A stretch of DNA of 64,000 bases from Patescibacteria group bacterium (GCA_043807255.1 JAZDGD010000009.1:29476-93475); one strand, 5' to 3'. Shown: positions 38,269 to 47,966, numbered from the stretch's first letter. Numbers and translations: made by a program. Notes: generated from the letters alone by a model not told the origin.

Positions 38269-38310
38269 TTTCTTGTCGCCATTAGAACGCCATGGCGTAA
38301 ATACGGCGAC
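38269..38310. repeat. Nested-palindrome repeat, family B, 5' copy
   Basis: ctttcttgtcgccattagaacgccatggcgtaaatacggcgac, 14 nt upstream of the ATG. Confidence 0.7.
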
Positions 38311-38389
38311 AACAAATAAATAATTAACAATAGATCATAGAAACATAAATAAAAATAAAATAATAATTTAAATTAAAACTCAACAATAA

Positions 38390-40927
38390 TTATACTCCGC
38401 CACCGATTTCGCTTGCTTCAATTTTTACAAAATCACCACGTTTTAAGTCTTGTTCTAAAATTATTTTTGCAACCCGACTCTCAACTTCGTCTTGAATTGC
38501 CCTTCTCATCGGCCTTGCACCAAATTCTGGTTTATATCCAATTTTAACAATTTTCTCAATTAAATCAGGAGTTATTATTAATCTCACTCCCGTACCATCT
38601 AACAATCTCTTCGATAAATCGTTCATCATTAAAATCGCAATCTTAATTAAATGTTCGTGTGCCAATGGCCTAAATACCATAACCGCATCAAAACGATTTA
38701 AAAACTCTGCTCTAAATATTCCATCTTTCATTAAATAATCAACCAAATCATCTTTAAATGTTCGCAAATCTCTCCCCTGTCTTACGCATTGTCTAATTAA
38801 TTCTGCTCCGGCATTAGAGGTTCCAATAATTATTGATTCAGAAAAATTTATTTTTCTGCCAAAAGCATCAGTCAAGAATCCTTCATCCAAAACTTGTAAA
38901 AATAAATTCAAAATATTGGGATGAGCTTTTTCAATTTCATCCAAAAGAATAACTGAAAATGGATCATCCAAAACCGCTTTTGCCAAAAGCCCTGGTTCAT
39001 CTTTTTCTAAAGAACCAATTAAACGACTAATATTAGAAATTTCTTGATATTCGGACATATCGAATCTAATCATTTTCGTTTCTGATCCAAAATACGCTTC
39101 GGCCAATGCCTTAGCTGTTTCGGTTTTTCCAACTCCAGTTGGTCCAAGAAATAAAAAACTACCAATTGGTCTTTTATGAGATTTAATGCCCACCCTTGCC
39201 CTGCGCATTGCTTGAGCGATCGCCTTTACTGCCTCTTCCTGGTCAACTACTCGCCGATGTATTCTTTGTTCTAATTCTAAAAGTTTTTTCTTTTCATCTT
39301 CTTTAATCGCACCAATTGGGATCTCTACTCTTTCGGAAATAATTCGATTAACATATTCTGGAGGAATTATTTTTTCGCCTTTTTGCTTTGCATAAATTAG
39401 AACTTCGGTTAAAATATCAATTGCTTTTTGTGGAAATGGCTTGTCTTGTATGTAACGATCCGTCAATTGAACAATGTTTCTTAAAATTTTATAACTTACA
39501 GAAATGTCGTATTGTTTTTCAAATTTTGGCAACATGTCTTGAAGAACAAAAATCACCTGTTCTTGGGTTGGCATGTTCATTTCAACTTTCACAAATAAAT
39601 TTTTCACTGATGCATTATTTTCAATGTGTCTGTGCCAACCATCGAAGGTTGTCAGACCAATGATTTGAAAATTTGAAGAATTTAAATATGGCAATAAAAT
39701 CGAGGTAATATCTATGGTCCCCGGCCCCTTGTTAACACCTAAATAATTATGTATCTCGTCGACAATTAAAATTATATTCCCCGCGCTTACTGCTTCGGAA
39801 AAAATAATTCTTAATCTCTCTAATATTTTTCCCGGATCACTAATTCCAGCCAAAACTGCTTGCATATCCAACTCCAAGATTCTTTTATCGTTCAAATTTG
39901 AAAATGATCTACCTTCAATTACTTTTTTGGCAAATCCATATGCGACCGTTGATCTACCAGACCCCGACTCTCCAACCAATAAAACATTATTCTCTCCACT
40001 ACGAGATAAAATTCTTTCAATGGCATAAATTTCTTTTTGATGGCCAAGTAAGTGTATGGACAAGTCTTGCTTTTTAAAAACATCATTAATTTCAACACTG
40101 TAGTTATCTAAATTCACAGTGTAGCCAGCCGCCCAACGCTTGCCTACGCCCCTTTTACGCAATAAGTTTTCCAGTCTCCAAAATTGACTTTTTCTTCTTA
40201 TTTCGTTTTCAATATAATCTTCCCAAACCGCAACACGATCAACGTCTTCGGGATTCATTTCGTATTTAGACAGAATGTTTATAAAATTTTCATCTTCTTC
40301 TGCGGCTGCGATTAAAAAGTCTCTAATGTCAATGTTTCTGTGAAAATGAGAAATCGCTAATGTTGTGGCCCTTTTTAGGGTGGTAATAAATTTTTGTTCA
40401 TCAATATTGTCTTCAACGCTTTTTTTCATTTCCGTGATTAATTTTTCCCGAAACAAACCCTCATCCAGTCCTAATTTGGTAAAAATTTCTTTGCCTCGCG
40501 AATCGTTCCAAAAGTTACAAACAACTGCAAAAACATTTAATCCTCTTTTTTTTCTTTGACAAAATCTTATCGATTTTATAATTGCTCTCGCAACTCTAAA
40601 ATCCAAATATTCTGCCAAATTCACATCTTTTATCTTTTCTTCGGACAGTCTTTCTGCTAATGGTTTTTTAATTAAAAAGTTCTGACGCAAGGCATCAATA
40701 AACGCAACATAAATAATGCAAACAACAAAAAAACAAACGAAAATTATAAATAAAGCAAAATTCTGTTGCGTGTTCAATCCCAAAAGTCCTGGTTTGAAAA
40801 TTCCCAAGAAAAATATCAGTGCAATGACTATAAACACCATTCCCCAAATTCGTATAAATTTAAGAGGAAAGACTTTTTCCAATTGCACCGACCTATATAC
40901 AAGATTGTTTTTTTCTAAATCAAACAT
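38390..40927 (-). CDS. Clp/Hsp100-family double AAA+ ATPase with an N-terminal two-TM membrane anchor
   Basis: D2 Walker A GPTGVGKTE. D1 P-loop is GESGSGRST, with Arg in place of Lys. Clp N-domain-like repeats follow the TM segment. Confidence 0.7.
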   Translation of the reverse strand: MFDLEKNNLVYRSVQLEKVFPLKFIRIWGMVFIVIALIFFLGIFKPGLLGLNTQQNFALFIIFVCFFVVCIIYVAFIDALRQNFLIKKPLAERLSEEKIKDVNLAEYLDFRVARAIIKSIRFCQRKKRGLNVFAVVCNFWNDSRGKEIFTKLGLDEGLFREKLITEMKKSVEDNIDEQKFITTLKRATTLAISHFHRNIDIRDFLIAAAEEDENFINILSKYEMNPEDVDRVAVWEDYIENEIRRKSQFWRLENLLRKRGVGKRWAAGYTVNLDNYSVEINDVFKKQDLSIHLLGHQKEIYAIERILSRSGENNVLLVGESGSGRSTVAYGFAKKVIEGRSFSNLNDKRILELDMQAVLAGISDPGKILERLRIIFSEAVSAGNIILIVDEIHNYLGVNKGPGTIDITSILLPYLNSSNFQIIGLTTFDGWHRHIENNASVKNLFVKVEMNMPTQEQVIFVLQDMLPKFEKQYDISVSYKILRNIVQLTDRYIQDKPFPQKAIDILTEVLIYAKQKGEKIIPPEYVNRIISERVEIPIGAIKEDEKKKLLELEQRIHRRVVDQEEAVKAIAQAMRRARVGIKSHKRPIGSFLFLGPTGVGKTETAKALAEAYFGSETKMIRFDMSEYQEISNISRLIGSLEKDEPGLLAKAVLDDPFSVILLDEIEKAHPNILNLFLQVLDEGFLTDAFGRKINFSESIIIGTSNAGAELIRQCVRQGRDLRTFKDDLVDYLMKDGIFRAEFLNRFDAVMVFRPLAHEHLIKIAILMMNDLSKRLLDGTGVRLIITPDLIEKIVKIGYKPEFGARPMRRAIQDEVESRVAKIILEQDLKRGDFVKIEASEIGGGV

Positions 40928-40934
40928 AAGATAT

Positions 40935-41003
40935 TATTATTCGAATGATGCGAATTCTTATCCGAATCAACGAATTCGTAGATTCGGATATTTTATTTGT
41001 AGA
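40935..41003. repeat. Palindromic intergenic repeat, family 2, inverted copy (Clp ATPase leader)
   Basis: tatccgaatcaacgaattcgtagattcggata is a near-perfect 32-bp palindrome and the reverse complement of the 7325/60245 copies. Confidence 0.6.
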
Positions 41004-41378
41004 TTAGGATAATAAAATTATACTAAAAATTAAAAGCCCCAATATTAATAAGGGCAAAATAATCCACAAAATAAAGAATATTCCTCCAATAATAACCGTT
41101 AATACTAAATAAATAATCCCGACCAAAATTGTAAAAAATCTAATCAGAAAACCGGTTCCACGAGAAATCATATTGAATGCTAGATATTCAAAAAGTTTTT
41201 TAAAATCTAACCCCTGTGGTTTTTTTGTAATATCCCTTCTCCAGGGCGCAAATAGGGTTTTAAACAATAAGGGAATAGAAAAATAGCTTAAAGCAAAAAT
41301 AATAAAATTTCGCCAAGCGTCTAAAACGTTTCTCAGCGCCTCCCCGTAATACCATCTCCAAAACACCAAAACTATCAT
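41004..41378 (-). CDS. Small membrane protein, hypothetical
   Basis: 124 aa with three or four TM helices. Confidence 0.35.
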   Translation of the reverse strand: MIVLVFWRWYYGEALRNVLDAWRNFIIFALSYFSIPLLFKTLFAPWRRDITKKPQGLDFKKLFEYLAFNMISRGTGFLIRFFTILVGIIYLVLTVIIGGIFFILWIILPLLILGLLIFSIILLS

Positions 41379-41523
41379 ACCCCTATATTATACAATATTT
41401 TAGGAAAATAAAAAATAAACCGACAAGAAATCGGCTTATTTCCAAAAAATGCGCGCGGATGGAATCGGACCATCAGTCTCTGCAATGTGAATGCAATGTT
41501 ATCGTAATTCAATAACGATAACA

Positions 41524-43056
41524 TTATCGAATAGAAGCATTCTTTGAAAGTTTTTCTGCCCAAGATGGTAGTTTTCCGCCTTGTGCATTCGGCACCATTG
41601 TCTCGGGATTTATGCCAGCTAATTTTATCATTTGTTCAAAATATTTTTTTGCAGAATCTTTTAAATTTTTAGGAGCTAATTTTGTTTCCCCTCTTTTTTG
41701 AGTTTCTTGATATGCAAGCTCGAAAGACAATTGTGTAAATCCAGCGATCATTTCATTATATGATATTTGAAGATATTTTTTGTCATCTCCGCGGTCTTTT
41801 AAATCCATTGCCCTAAAAAGTTTATTGAGGTTTTTTGGTTCTGGGGCATAACTAATCCCTCGCACAATAGAAGTACTACTTGGCATATTTTTTTTCGCAC
41901 ATGCATCTTCTGGACATAATTTTTTAAATGCCTCCATAACTTTTCCCATTTCTTCATCACTAACATTATCAGTTTGATACACAATGATTGTTTCTTGACG
42001 ATTTGCAAGTTCCCCGGTTAATTTAAAATAAATTTTATCTTGTAATCCAGTTTCTATAAGCGCATTTTTCCACGCACTTACTAATTTTTCTGGTGAGCCA
42101 GAAAGATTAGCGCTTAAATAAAACCGATTTTTTACATTTTTATCTTCATCATCTTTTCTATTAAAATGATAAAAAACGCCTTCATAAATAATTTTATCTT
42201 CTCCATAAAAATCATATAAATCTTGGGTAGCTGCAAGATATTTTTCTTTTGCCTCTTCGCTTGGCTCTTCGGGATTTTCGACAATGTTATTATAATAATA
42301 ACTTTCTTTTAATGTGCGAAAATTCTCTAAAAATACTTTTGCAGTAAATAAATCTACTTCCCCGGACTGAATTAATTGATTAATATTTTTTTTAAGCCCT
42401 AAATACATTTCACTGTAATCTGCATTTCGTTTCTTATAGTCATCTTGATCTTTAGAAAAACGCATAAGTTTCTTTGCCATACCTTCTGTCCATATTCTTT
42501 CAAGCACCTGATCAATAGATTCATTTTCATCAATTTTTTCAATATGCACATCTTGATATTGTGCAAGCTTTTCTACAAAATTTTGCCCATTCTTTTTTTC
42601 ATCTATGCCTGGTTTTGGCTTTAATTGTTCATAAACATTATTAAAAATATTCTGAGCTTGTGATAAATTTTCATTTGTTGACTCTTGTTCTATGCCTAAT
42701 CTTTTTCTAACCTCTACCAATTTTTCTTTATCCTCTTGCTCTCGTTCGGCTTTCTCTTGTGCAAAACTTTTTCTCAAAATTCTTTTCTCTCCATTAATTC
42801 CAAGAACAACAGCTTCGTAGTCTCCCTTTTCTCCTTTATTTATTATAAATCTTTCTCCTTCTTGCAGTTCGTGGTATGTGCCATCAGGTGCGACTATCCC
42901 TTTTTCTGTCCTTTGCCCATTTTTTCCTGTTTCTATTTTTGATTGCCAAAGAGTATCCTCGGGTACAACACCACCTGGTCGCTTTGTTTCGTTAGAAACA
43001 ATATTTGGTTCTATATTTTCCGCGGGGTTAAATTGTGGTTCTTTATCAAGTTTCAT
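41524..43056 (-). CDS. Hypothetical 510-aa soluble protein
   Basis: Long, charged ORF with no recognisable motif. The next ORF lies 5 nt downstream. Confidence 0.45.
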   Translation of the reverse strand: MKLDKEPQFNPAENIEPNIVSNETKRPGGVVPEDTLWQSKIETGKNGQRTEKGIVAPDGTYHELQEGERFIINKGEKGDYEAVVLGINGEKRILRKSFAQEKAEREQEDKEKLVEVRKRLGIEQESTNENLSQAQNIFNNVYEQLKPKPGIDEKKNGQNFVEKLAQYQDVHIEKIDENESIDQVLERIWTEGMAKKLMRFSKDQDDYKKRNADYSEMYLGLKKNINQLIQSGEVDLFTAKVFLENFRTLKESYYYNNIVENPEEPSEEAKEKYLAATQDLYDFYGEDKIIYEGVFYHFNRKDDEDKNVKNRFYLSANLSGSPEKLVSAWKNALIETGLQDKIYFKLTGELANRQETIIVYQTDNVSDEEMGKVMEAFKKLCPEDACAKKNMPSSTSIVRGISYAPEPKNLNKLFRAMDLKDRGDDKKYLQISYNEMIAGFTQLSFELAYQETQKRGETKLAPKNLKDSAKKYFEQMIKLAGINPETMVPNAQGGKLPSWAEKLSKNASIR

Positions 43057-43061
43057 AAATA

Positions 43062-43595
43062 TTATTCTAAAAACTTATTTTTTAAAAATTTAGCAAAATC
43101 ATTCATTTCTTTCTGATAAATCAATAGTTTTTCTTTTTGTTCTACGTCGGAAATTATCGGCATTCTTTCTACGCTCATGCTTTGAATCCGAAATCCACCA
43201 TAAATACCGATATTACTAAAATTTAATTTCGCATCAAATGGTGTCTCTCTGTCTTTATAGAATTCTTCAAGCAATTCCATTGTTTTGACTCTATGTTTCA
43301 AATTTTCCACAATCCATTCTTTTTCTTTCTCCCCGCCTTCTTCCCATCCTCCCGGCTCTGGCGCATAAACCTCAATCCACGGAAATGATGCACCCTTTTC
43401 TTGCAAATGGCCTTCGCAGGATTGACTGGTTGGAATCCCCCAAACATTTAAAGCCACTACAGCATCTTTTATTTCTTTATCAATCGGCATTCCTAATTTA
43501 TCGGCAATTTCATCAACTTGTCTTTCAATATCTTTAATCCGACCTTCCCTTTCAGATTCGGGTTTTGTTTCAAAGTTTGGGTTTTCTCTGTTCAT
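43062..43595 (-). CDS. Hypothetical 177-aa acidic protein
   Basis: No motif recognised. Confidence 0.4.
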   Translation of the reverse strand: MNRENPNFETKPESEREGRIKDIERQVDEIADKLGMPIDKEIKDAVVALNVWGIPTSQSCEGHLQEKGASFPWIEVYAPEPGGWEEGGEKEKEWIVENLKHRVKTMELLEEFYKDRETPFDAKLNFSNIGIYGGFRIQSMSVERMPIISDVEQKEKLLIYQKEMNDFAKFLKNKFLE

Positions 43596-43646
43596 GTTTC
43601 TATTCTACCAAAAAATCGCCTCAATTAAAAGACGATTTCAATAATT

Positions 43647-43718
43647 TGGACGCGAGAGGGATCGGACCTCTGACCTTTCCGATGTGAACGGAACGCTCTA
43701 CCACTGAGCCACGCGTCC
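43647..43718 (-). tRNA. tRNA-Val (anticodon CAC)
   Basis: Hand-folded from the rc strand. Acceptor GGACGCG, anticodon loop TTCACAT. Confidence 0.65.
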
Positions 43719-43987
43719 TAATCAATTGACTCTGGTAGTATATCAAGTTTTAATCTATCTTTCAAAAATCTTCTGCCAAAACCTGTTTTAAAATATTTTT
43801 CTCTTTTTATTGCACTTTTTTCGTCCAAGCAAGCTTCATAATAAATTAATTCTATGGGTCTTCTATTTTTTGTAGAATCAACTTTTCCTGCTTGATGTTC
43901 TTCAAATCTTCTCTTTAAATTTTCTGTATACCCAATATAATGCTTCTTGTCTTTTAAACTTAACAATACGTAAGTATAATAAAACAC
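43718..43987 (-). CDS. GIY-YIG nuclease superfamily protein
   Basis: YTYVLLS...HYIGYTENLKRRFEEH. Confidence 0.65.
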   Translation of the reverse strand: MFYYTYVLLSLKDKKHYIGYTENLKRRFEEHQAGKVDSTKNRRPIELIYYEACLDEKSAIKREKYFKTGFGRRFLKDRLKLDILPESID

Positions 43988-44050
43988 GTTAATGTGAATG
44001 CAATGTTCCCTGCCCGCAACGCCAGCAAGCTGGCTTGCGTGGCGGGCGGG

Positions 44051-44734
44051 TTACCACAAATTCAGCTTGTTAATCAAAACGTCCTTATTCTCGTTAATCA
44101 AGTCTCTAACAAAACGGTCATACATATCATAACGATAATTAAATTCTTTTGCTGACATTGTGACAAAATTTAATTCCTTGCCTACCTCCGCTTCCAGGTC
44201 CTTGGAAAAAGTTGTTAATTTTCTTGTATTTATCTTGTCACCCACAATCAATAAATCCGCTCCGTCGGCTTCATTGTTTCTAAAAATTCCACCCAAAACC
44301 AAAAGCTTAACATTGCCAATTTTTCGTACATTATTAATCAATTCACCTTTTGAGGAAATTGTTGATTTTAAAATTAAGTCTTTTAATTCTTTCAAAAAGT
44401 CAAAATTATTATTCAAAGAATAAACTATTCTCCCCTGTTTTTTTCTGCTTTCAATCAGGCCAATTCTTTCTAATTTTTTAATTTCTTGTTTTACGGCAGA
44501 ATTATTCGTTCTTACCATTTTCAGAATTTCTCTAACCTGAAAGGCATCAACCGAATTTCTAAAAAAGAATTTCATCAATTTTACCTTTGCCAACGATTCA
44601 AATAACTGCTCTAATGTCCCCTTGCCTATTATGTTTTTGGCCTTTTGTCGGGATTTGTGCTTTAAAATTCGCTTCCTCGCCTTTTTGACGGGTTTTTTGG
44701 TCATTTTCTTGGTTTTCTTTATCTTCTTTTTCAT
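44051..44734 (-). CDS. Putative transcriptional regulator (Lys-rich N-terminus, wHTH, nucleotidyltransferase-like C-terminus)
   Basis: wHTH-like VREILKMVRTNNSAVKQEIKKLERIGLIE. C-terminal LGGIFRNNEADGADLLIVGD. Confidence 0.35.
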   Translation of the reverse strand: MKKKIKKTKKMTKKPVKKARKRILKHKSRQKAKNIIGKGTLEQLFESLAKVKLMKFFFRNSVDAFQVREILKMVRTNNSAVKQEIKKLERIGLIESRKKQGRIVYSLNNNFDFLKELKDLILKSTISSKGELINNVRKIGNVKLLVLGGIFRNNEADGADLLIVGDKINTRKLTTFSKDLEAEVGKELNFVTMSAKEFNYRYDMYDRFVRDLINENKDVLINKLNLW

Positions 44735-44798
44735 ATGCTTTCATCCTACATCTTAATTCCCCTTTTGTAAAGGTTTTTTTAATGGTAAAATAATATTA

Positions 44799-46784
44799 AT
44801 GGATTCAGAAAATCTTAATTTATATTACCGAGAAATTGTCTATCAAGACCCCAAAAAGAAAAAAGATTCAATTTGCGGGGTTTTTTCGTATGAAGCGATA
44901 AACAAACAAGACCTGGGACTAGGCAATCTTTATATTGTAGGAGAAATTACAAATATTCCCAAGAAAAAATATAAAAATTCTGACTTTATTTTAAACCTCT
45001 TAAGTTCGGCAATTAGGAGAGATTTTTATTCTAACCCACAAAGAAACACGCTGGAAGCATTAGAGTCAGCGCTTCAAAGCGCAAATATTTATTTAACCGA
45101 TTTCGTTAAAAAGGGACACAATGAATGGATTAACAATCTGCATTTTACTTGTTTAACCTTTTCTGGAAACAATATTCACGTGGGTCAAACCGGAGAAATG
45201 ATCGTACAATTGTTCCGCAACAACACAATGTCTAATATCAGTAGAAAATTTGAAACACCAGAAATCCCAGAGCCAACAAAAACATTTTCCAATATTGCCA
45301 GCGGAGAGATAGAAAAAGGCGACAAAATATTAATTAGCACTACCAATATTTCAAAAATTCTACCCTCTTCCAAAATAAAAGAAATAATTTCCAGTTCCAC
45401 TACCGACAAACTTTATCACTACATTAAAAACAATTTATCAGAATCAAGTTCATTGGCTTGCCTACTATTGGATGCGGCAACTCAAAAACCGGAAGAAGCT
45501 CCGACCGCAATCCAAGCCCAAGTCAGGACAGAAACCAGAAAAGAAGGGCCAACTAATTTTGGGTTAAACCTTAGGCAATCAATTGATTTTAAAATGGAAA
45601 AAATAGATCAAATTATAAAAGATCAAATTACTTTTCCTAATAAAATAACGATCTTTTTTCTAAAACATCAAATTATAAAATATTTTTTAATTTTATTTAT
45701 CGGATTAACAATTATCATTTCTCCGTACTTGATTTTGAAAATCAGTTATGACATTAAAATTAGACAAATAAACGAATTAATTCAACGCACACAGGAGAAT
45801 GTCGAACGCAGTAAGTTGTCTTTGGTCTACCAAAATCAACCAGAAGCAAAAACATTTTTAAAACAAGCGACTGTTTTTTTGGAAAATGCAAATTTATTAT
45901 TTGCCAACCTTCCTTTGGACGCAAAAAATAAAGTATCCAATAATCTACAATTAATACAGGGTCTGCTTGATCAACAAAAAAATAGTCTAAATAATGTTAT
46001 CAATATTCAGTTACCAGAAAAAATTACTGATTTATCACAAAGCGTCTATCCATTCAACCCCCAGGGATTAGTAAAACTAGAAAACCTGATTTATCTCTAC
46101 GAATTGAATTCTGGATTTTTGCATCAAATCGATTTAATTGATAACTCTTCAAAGCTTATATTCCTCTCATCAAAAGACACATTTAAACTCGGAACAGCTA
46201 CAGACAACGAAGTGCTATTGTTGGCCAACCCAGAAAAAATCGCTGTTTATAATTATAATGAAAATTACAATATCTATTTGCTTAAACCAAATCTAGAAAA
46301 CACCCTAAACATCAAAAGCATGACGAGTTATGATGATAATCTATTCTTTCTGGATGTCCAAAGATTAAATGTGTTTAAATATTCTAAAACCGAAGATATT
46401 TTAAACGGCTCGCAATGGATTATGAAAGGCCCAACTGACGAATTAAAAGACGCAACCTCTATTGCTGTAGATGGCGACATATATATTTCATTAAACACTG
46501 GAAAAATTATTCAATACTCCCAAGGCAAAAAAAATAAAGAATTAAAAATTGACATCTCCCCCGCCCTAATCAACGCAGAAAAATTATTTACTCAGTCCGA
46601 TTTCAAAAATTTATATATCCTAGATAAGACAAACAGCAGAATTATTTCTTATAATAAGAAAGATGGATTAATAAAACAATATTTTCTTTCTGGGCTTAAC
46701 AATCTTAAAGACTTTTGGGTTGATTATGACGAAAGCATAATTTATCTACTAAACGGTTCAGAAGTTTATAAAATAGAAATCTAA
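44799..46784 (+). CDS. Membrane protein with an N-terminal PP2C/SpoIIE-like phosphatase domain and a large extracytoplasmic region
   Basis: GDKILISTTNISKIL resembles the PPM GDxxLLxTDG motif. TM helix around residue 285. Confidence 0.35.
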   Translation: MDSENLNLYYREIVYQDPKKKKDSICGVFSYEAINKQDLGLGNLYIVGEITNIPKKKYKNSDFILNLLSSAIRRDFYSNPQRNTLEALESALQSANIYLTDFVKKGHNEWINNLHFTCLTFSGNNIHVGQTGEMIVQLFRNNTMSNISRKFETPEIPEPTKTFSNIASGEIEKGDKILISTTNISKILPSSKIKEIISSSTTDKLYHYIKNNLSESSSLACLLLDAATQKPEEAPTAIQAQVRTETRKEGPTNFGLNLRQSIDFKMEKIDQIIKDQITFPNKITIFFLKHQIIKYFLILFIGLTIIISPYLILKISYDIKIRQINELIQRTQENVERSKLSLVYQNQPEAKTFLKQATVFLENANLLFANLPLDAKNKVSNNLQLIQGLLDQQKNSLNNVINIQLPEKITDLSQSVYPFNPQGLVKLENLIYLYELNSGFLHQIDLIDNSSKLIFLSSKDTFKLGTATDNEVLLLANPEKIAVYNYNENYNIYLLKPNLENTLNIKSMTSYDDNLFFLDVQRLNVFKYSKTEDILNGSQWIMKGPTDELKDATSIAVDGDIYISLNTGKIIQYSQGKKNKELKIDISPALINAEKLFTQSDFKNLYILDKTNSRIISYNKKDGLIKQYFLSGLNNLKDFWVDYDESIIYLLNGSEVYKIEI

Positions 46785-46839
46785 CAGACCACGAATTACT
46801 AATCTGTACGAATATACAGATAAAAACAGAAACGCCCTG

Positions 46840-46878
46840 CAGTTGCAGGACGTTTCTGTTTGGAGGCCGAACCTCCGC
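46840..46878 (+). terminator. Intrinsic terminator (11-bp stem aaacagaaacg...cgtttctgttt)
   Basis: Nested hairpin plus a T tract after the 44799..46784 gene. Confidence 0.6.
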
Positions 46879-46951
46879 CTATTATTTCAATTCAATCGTT
46901 GCACCAATCCCGATCTCTATCGAGGATCCCGACCCGAGGTCGGGACTGCAC

Positions 46952-47359
46952 CTATTTAAGCTCTACGGTGGCTCCAACGCCTTCTAACCTTGTTTTTAAC
47001 TCTTCTGCATCTTCTTTCTTAAGATTTTCCTTAATAACTTTCGGAGCCGCGTCAACAATTGCTTTTGATTCCTTTAATCCAAGCCCAGAAATTTCACCGA
47101 TGATTTTAATAACCTGAATCTTTTGATCTCCAGCTGATTTTAATTCGACATTAAAAGCTGTTTTTTCAACTTCGACGCTCGCTTCTGGCGAGGTCGGAGT
47201 CCCGACTCCCGCGGACGTCGGGATTGCCGCACTAACTCCAAATTTTTCTTCTAAAACTTTAACAAGTTCAGACAAATCCATAACAGTCATTTTTTCAATT
47301 TCATCAACTAATTTTTTGAATTTTTCTGGAACCTTTACGTCCTTGTTTTTTTCAGTCAT
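46952..47359 (-). CDS. rplL: 50S ribosomal protein L7/L12
   Basis: Ala/Glu-rich and L12-like. Confidence 0.85.
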   Translation of the reverse strand: MTEKNKDVKVPEKFKKLVDEIEKMTVMDLSELVKVLEEKFGVSAAIPTSAGVGTPTSPEASVEVEKTAFNVELKSAGDQKIQVIKIIGEISGLGLKESKAIVDAAPKVIKENLKKEDAEELKTRLEGVGATVELK

Positions 47360-47364
47360 CTTAT

Positions 47365-47455
47365 TATGATGCCAATCTACTAATCTTATGCCAATCTACA
47401 GACTGCGAATTCGCAGTTCGCATAATTGGCATTAAATTCGCATATTCGCATTATG
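47365..47455. repeat. 90-bp palindromic leader repeat, family 1 (rplL leader); near-identical copy at 62985-63075 in the rplK leader
   Basis: gccaatctactaatcttatgccaatctacagactgcgaattcgcagttcgcataattggcat... Confidence 0.7.
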
Positions 47456-47966
47456 ATTTATTGCTTATCGCACTTAATACTCCAATCAAATTCCTTAAAT
47501 TGCCCTGCAATACGTTTGCAAAACCACTGATTGGACTCTTTATTGAACCAACTAATTTGGCCAATAAAATTTCTCGAGAAGGAATTTTTGATAACTCTTT
47601 AATTTCTAATGCCGACAAAACTCTGCCTTCAACCATACCGCCTAAAATTTTAAATTTATCATTGGTTTTGGCTAGCTTAGTAAGAACCTTGATTAAAGAT
47701 ATCGGATCGCCATATCCAAAACTTGATGCCAAAGAACCACTAAATTCTGACAAATCCATTTCTTTGCCTTCTTTTTTGAGAGCCAATTTCATTAAAGTTT
47801 TCTTCGCAACTCTATATTCCCCTTCTAGTTTTCGAAGTTCTTTTCGAATAATTTGAATGTCTTTAACCTTAACCCCTTTGGCGTCGGTAAAAATCAAAGA
47901 TTTCTGGCGTTTAATTTTGTCAGCTAACTCCTCTACAATTTCCTGTTTTTGTTTTTTTGTTAACAT
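47451..47966 (-). CDS. rplJ: 50S ribosomal protein L10
   Basis: MLTKKQKQEIVEELADKIK... The listed ORF is extended 23 codons upstream. Confidence 0.8.
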   Translation of the reverse strand: MLTKKQKQEIVEELADKIKRQKSLIFTDAKGVKVKDIQIIRKELRKLEGEYRVAKKTLMKLALKKEGKEMDLSEFSGSLASSFGYGDPISLIKVLTKLAKTNDKFKILGGMVEGRVLSALEIKELSKIPSREILLAKLVGSIKSPISGFANVLQGNLRNLIGVLSAISNKS

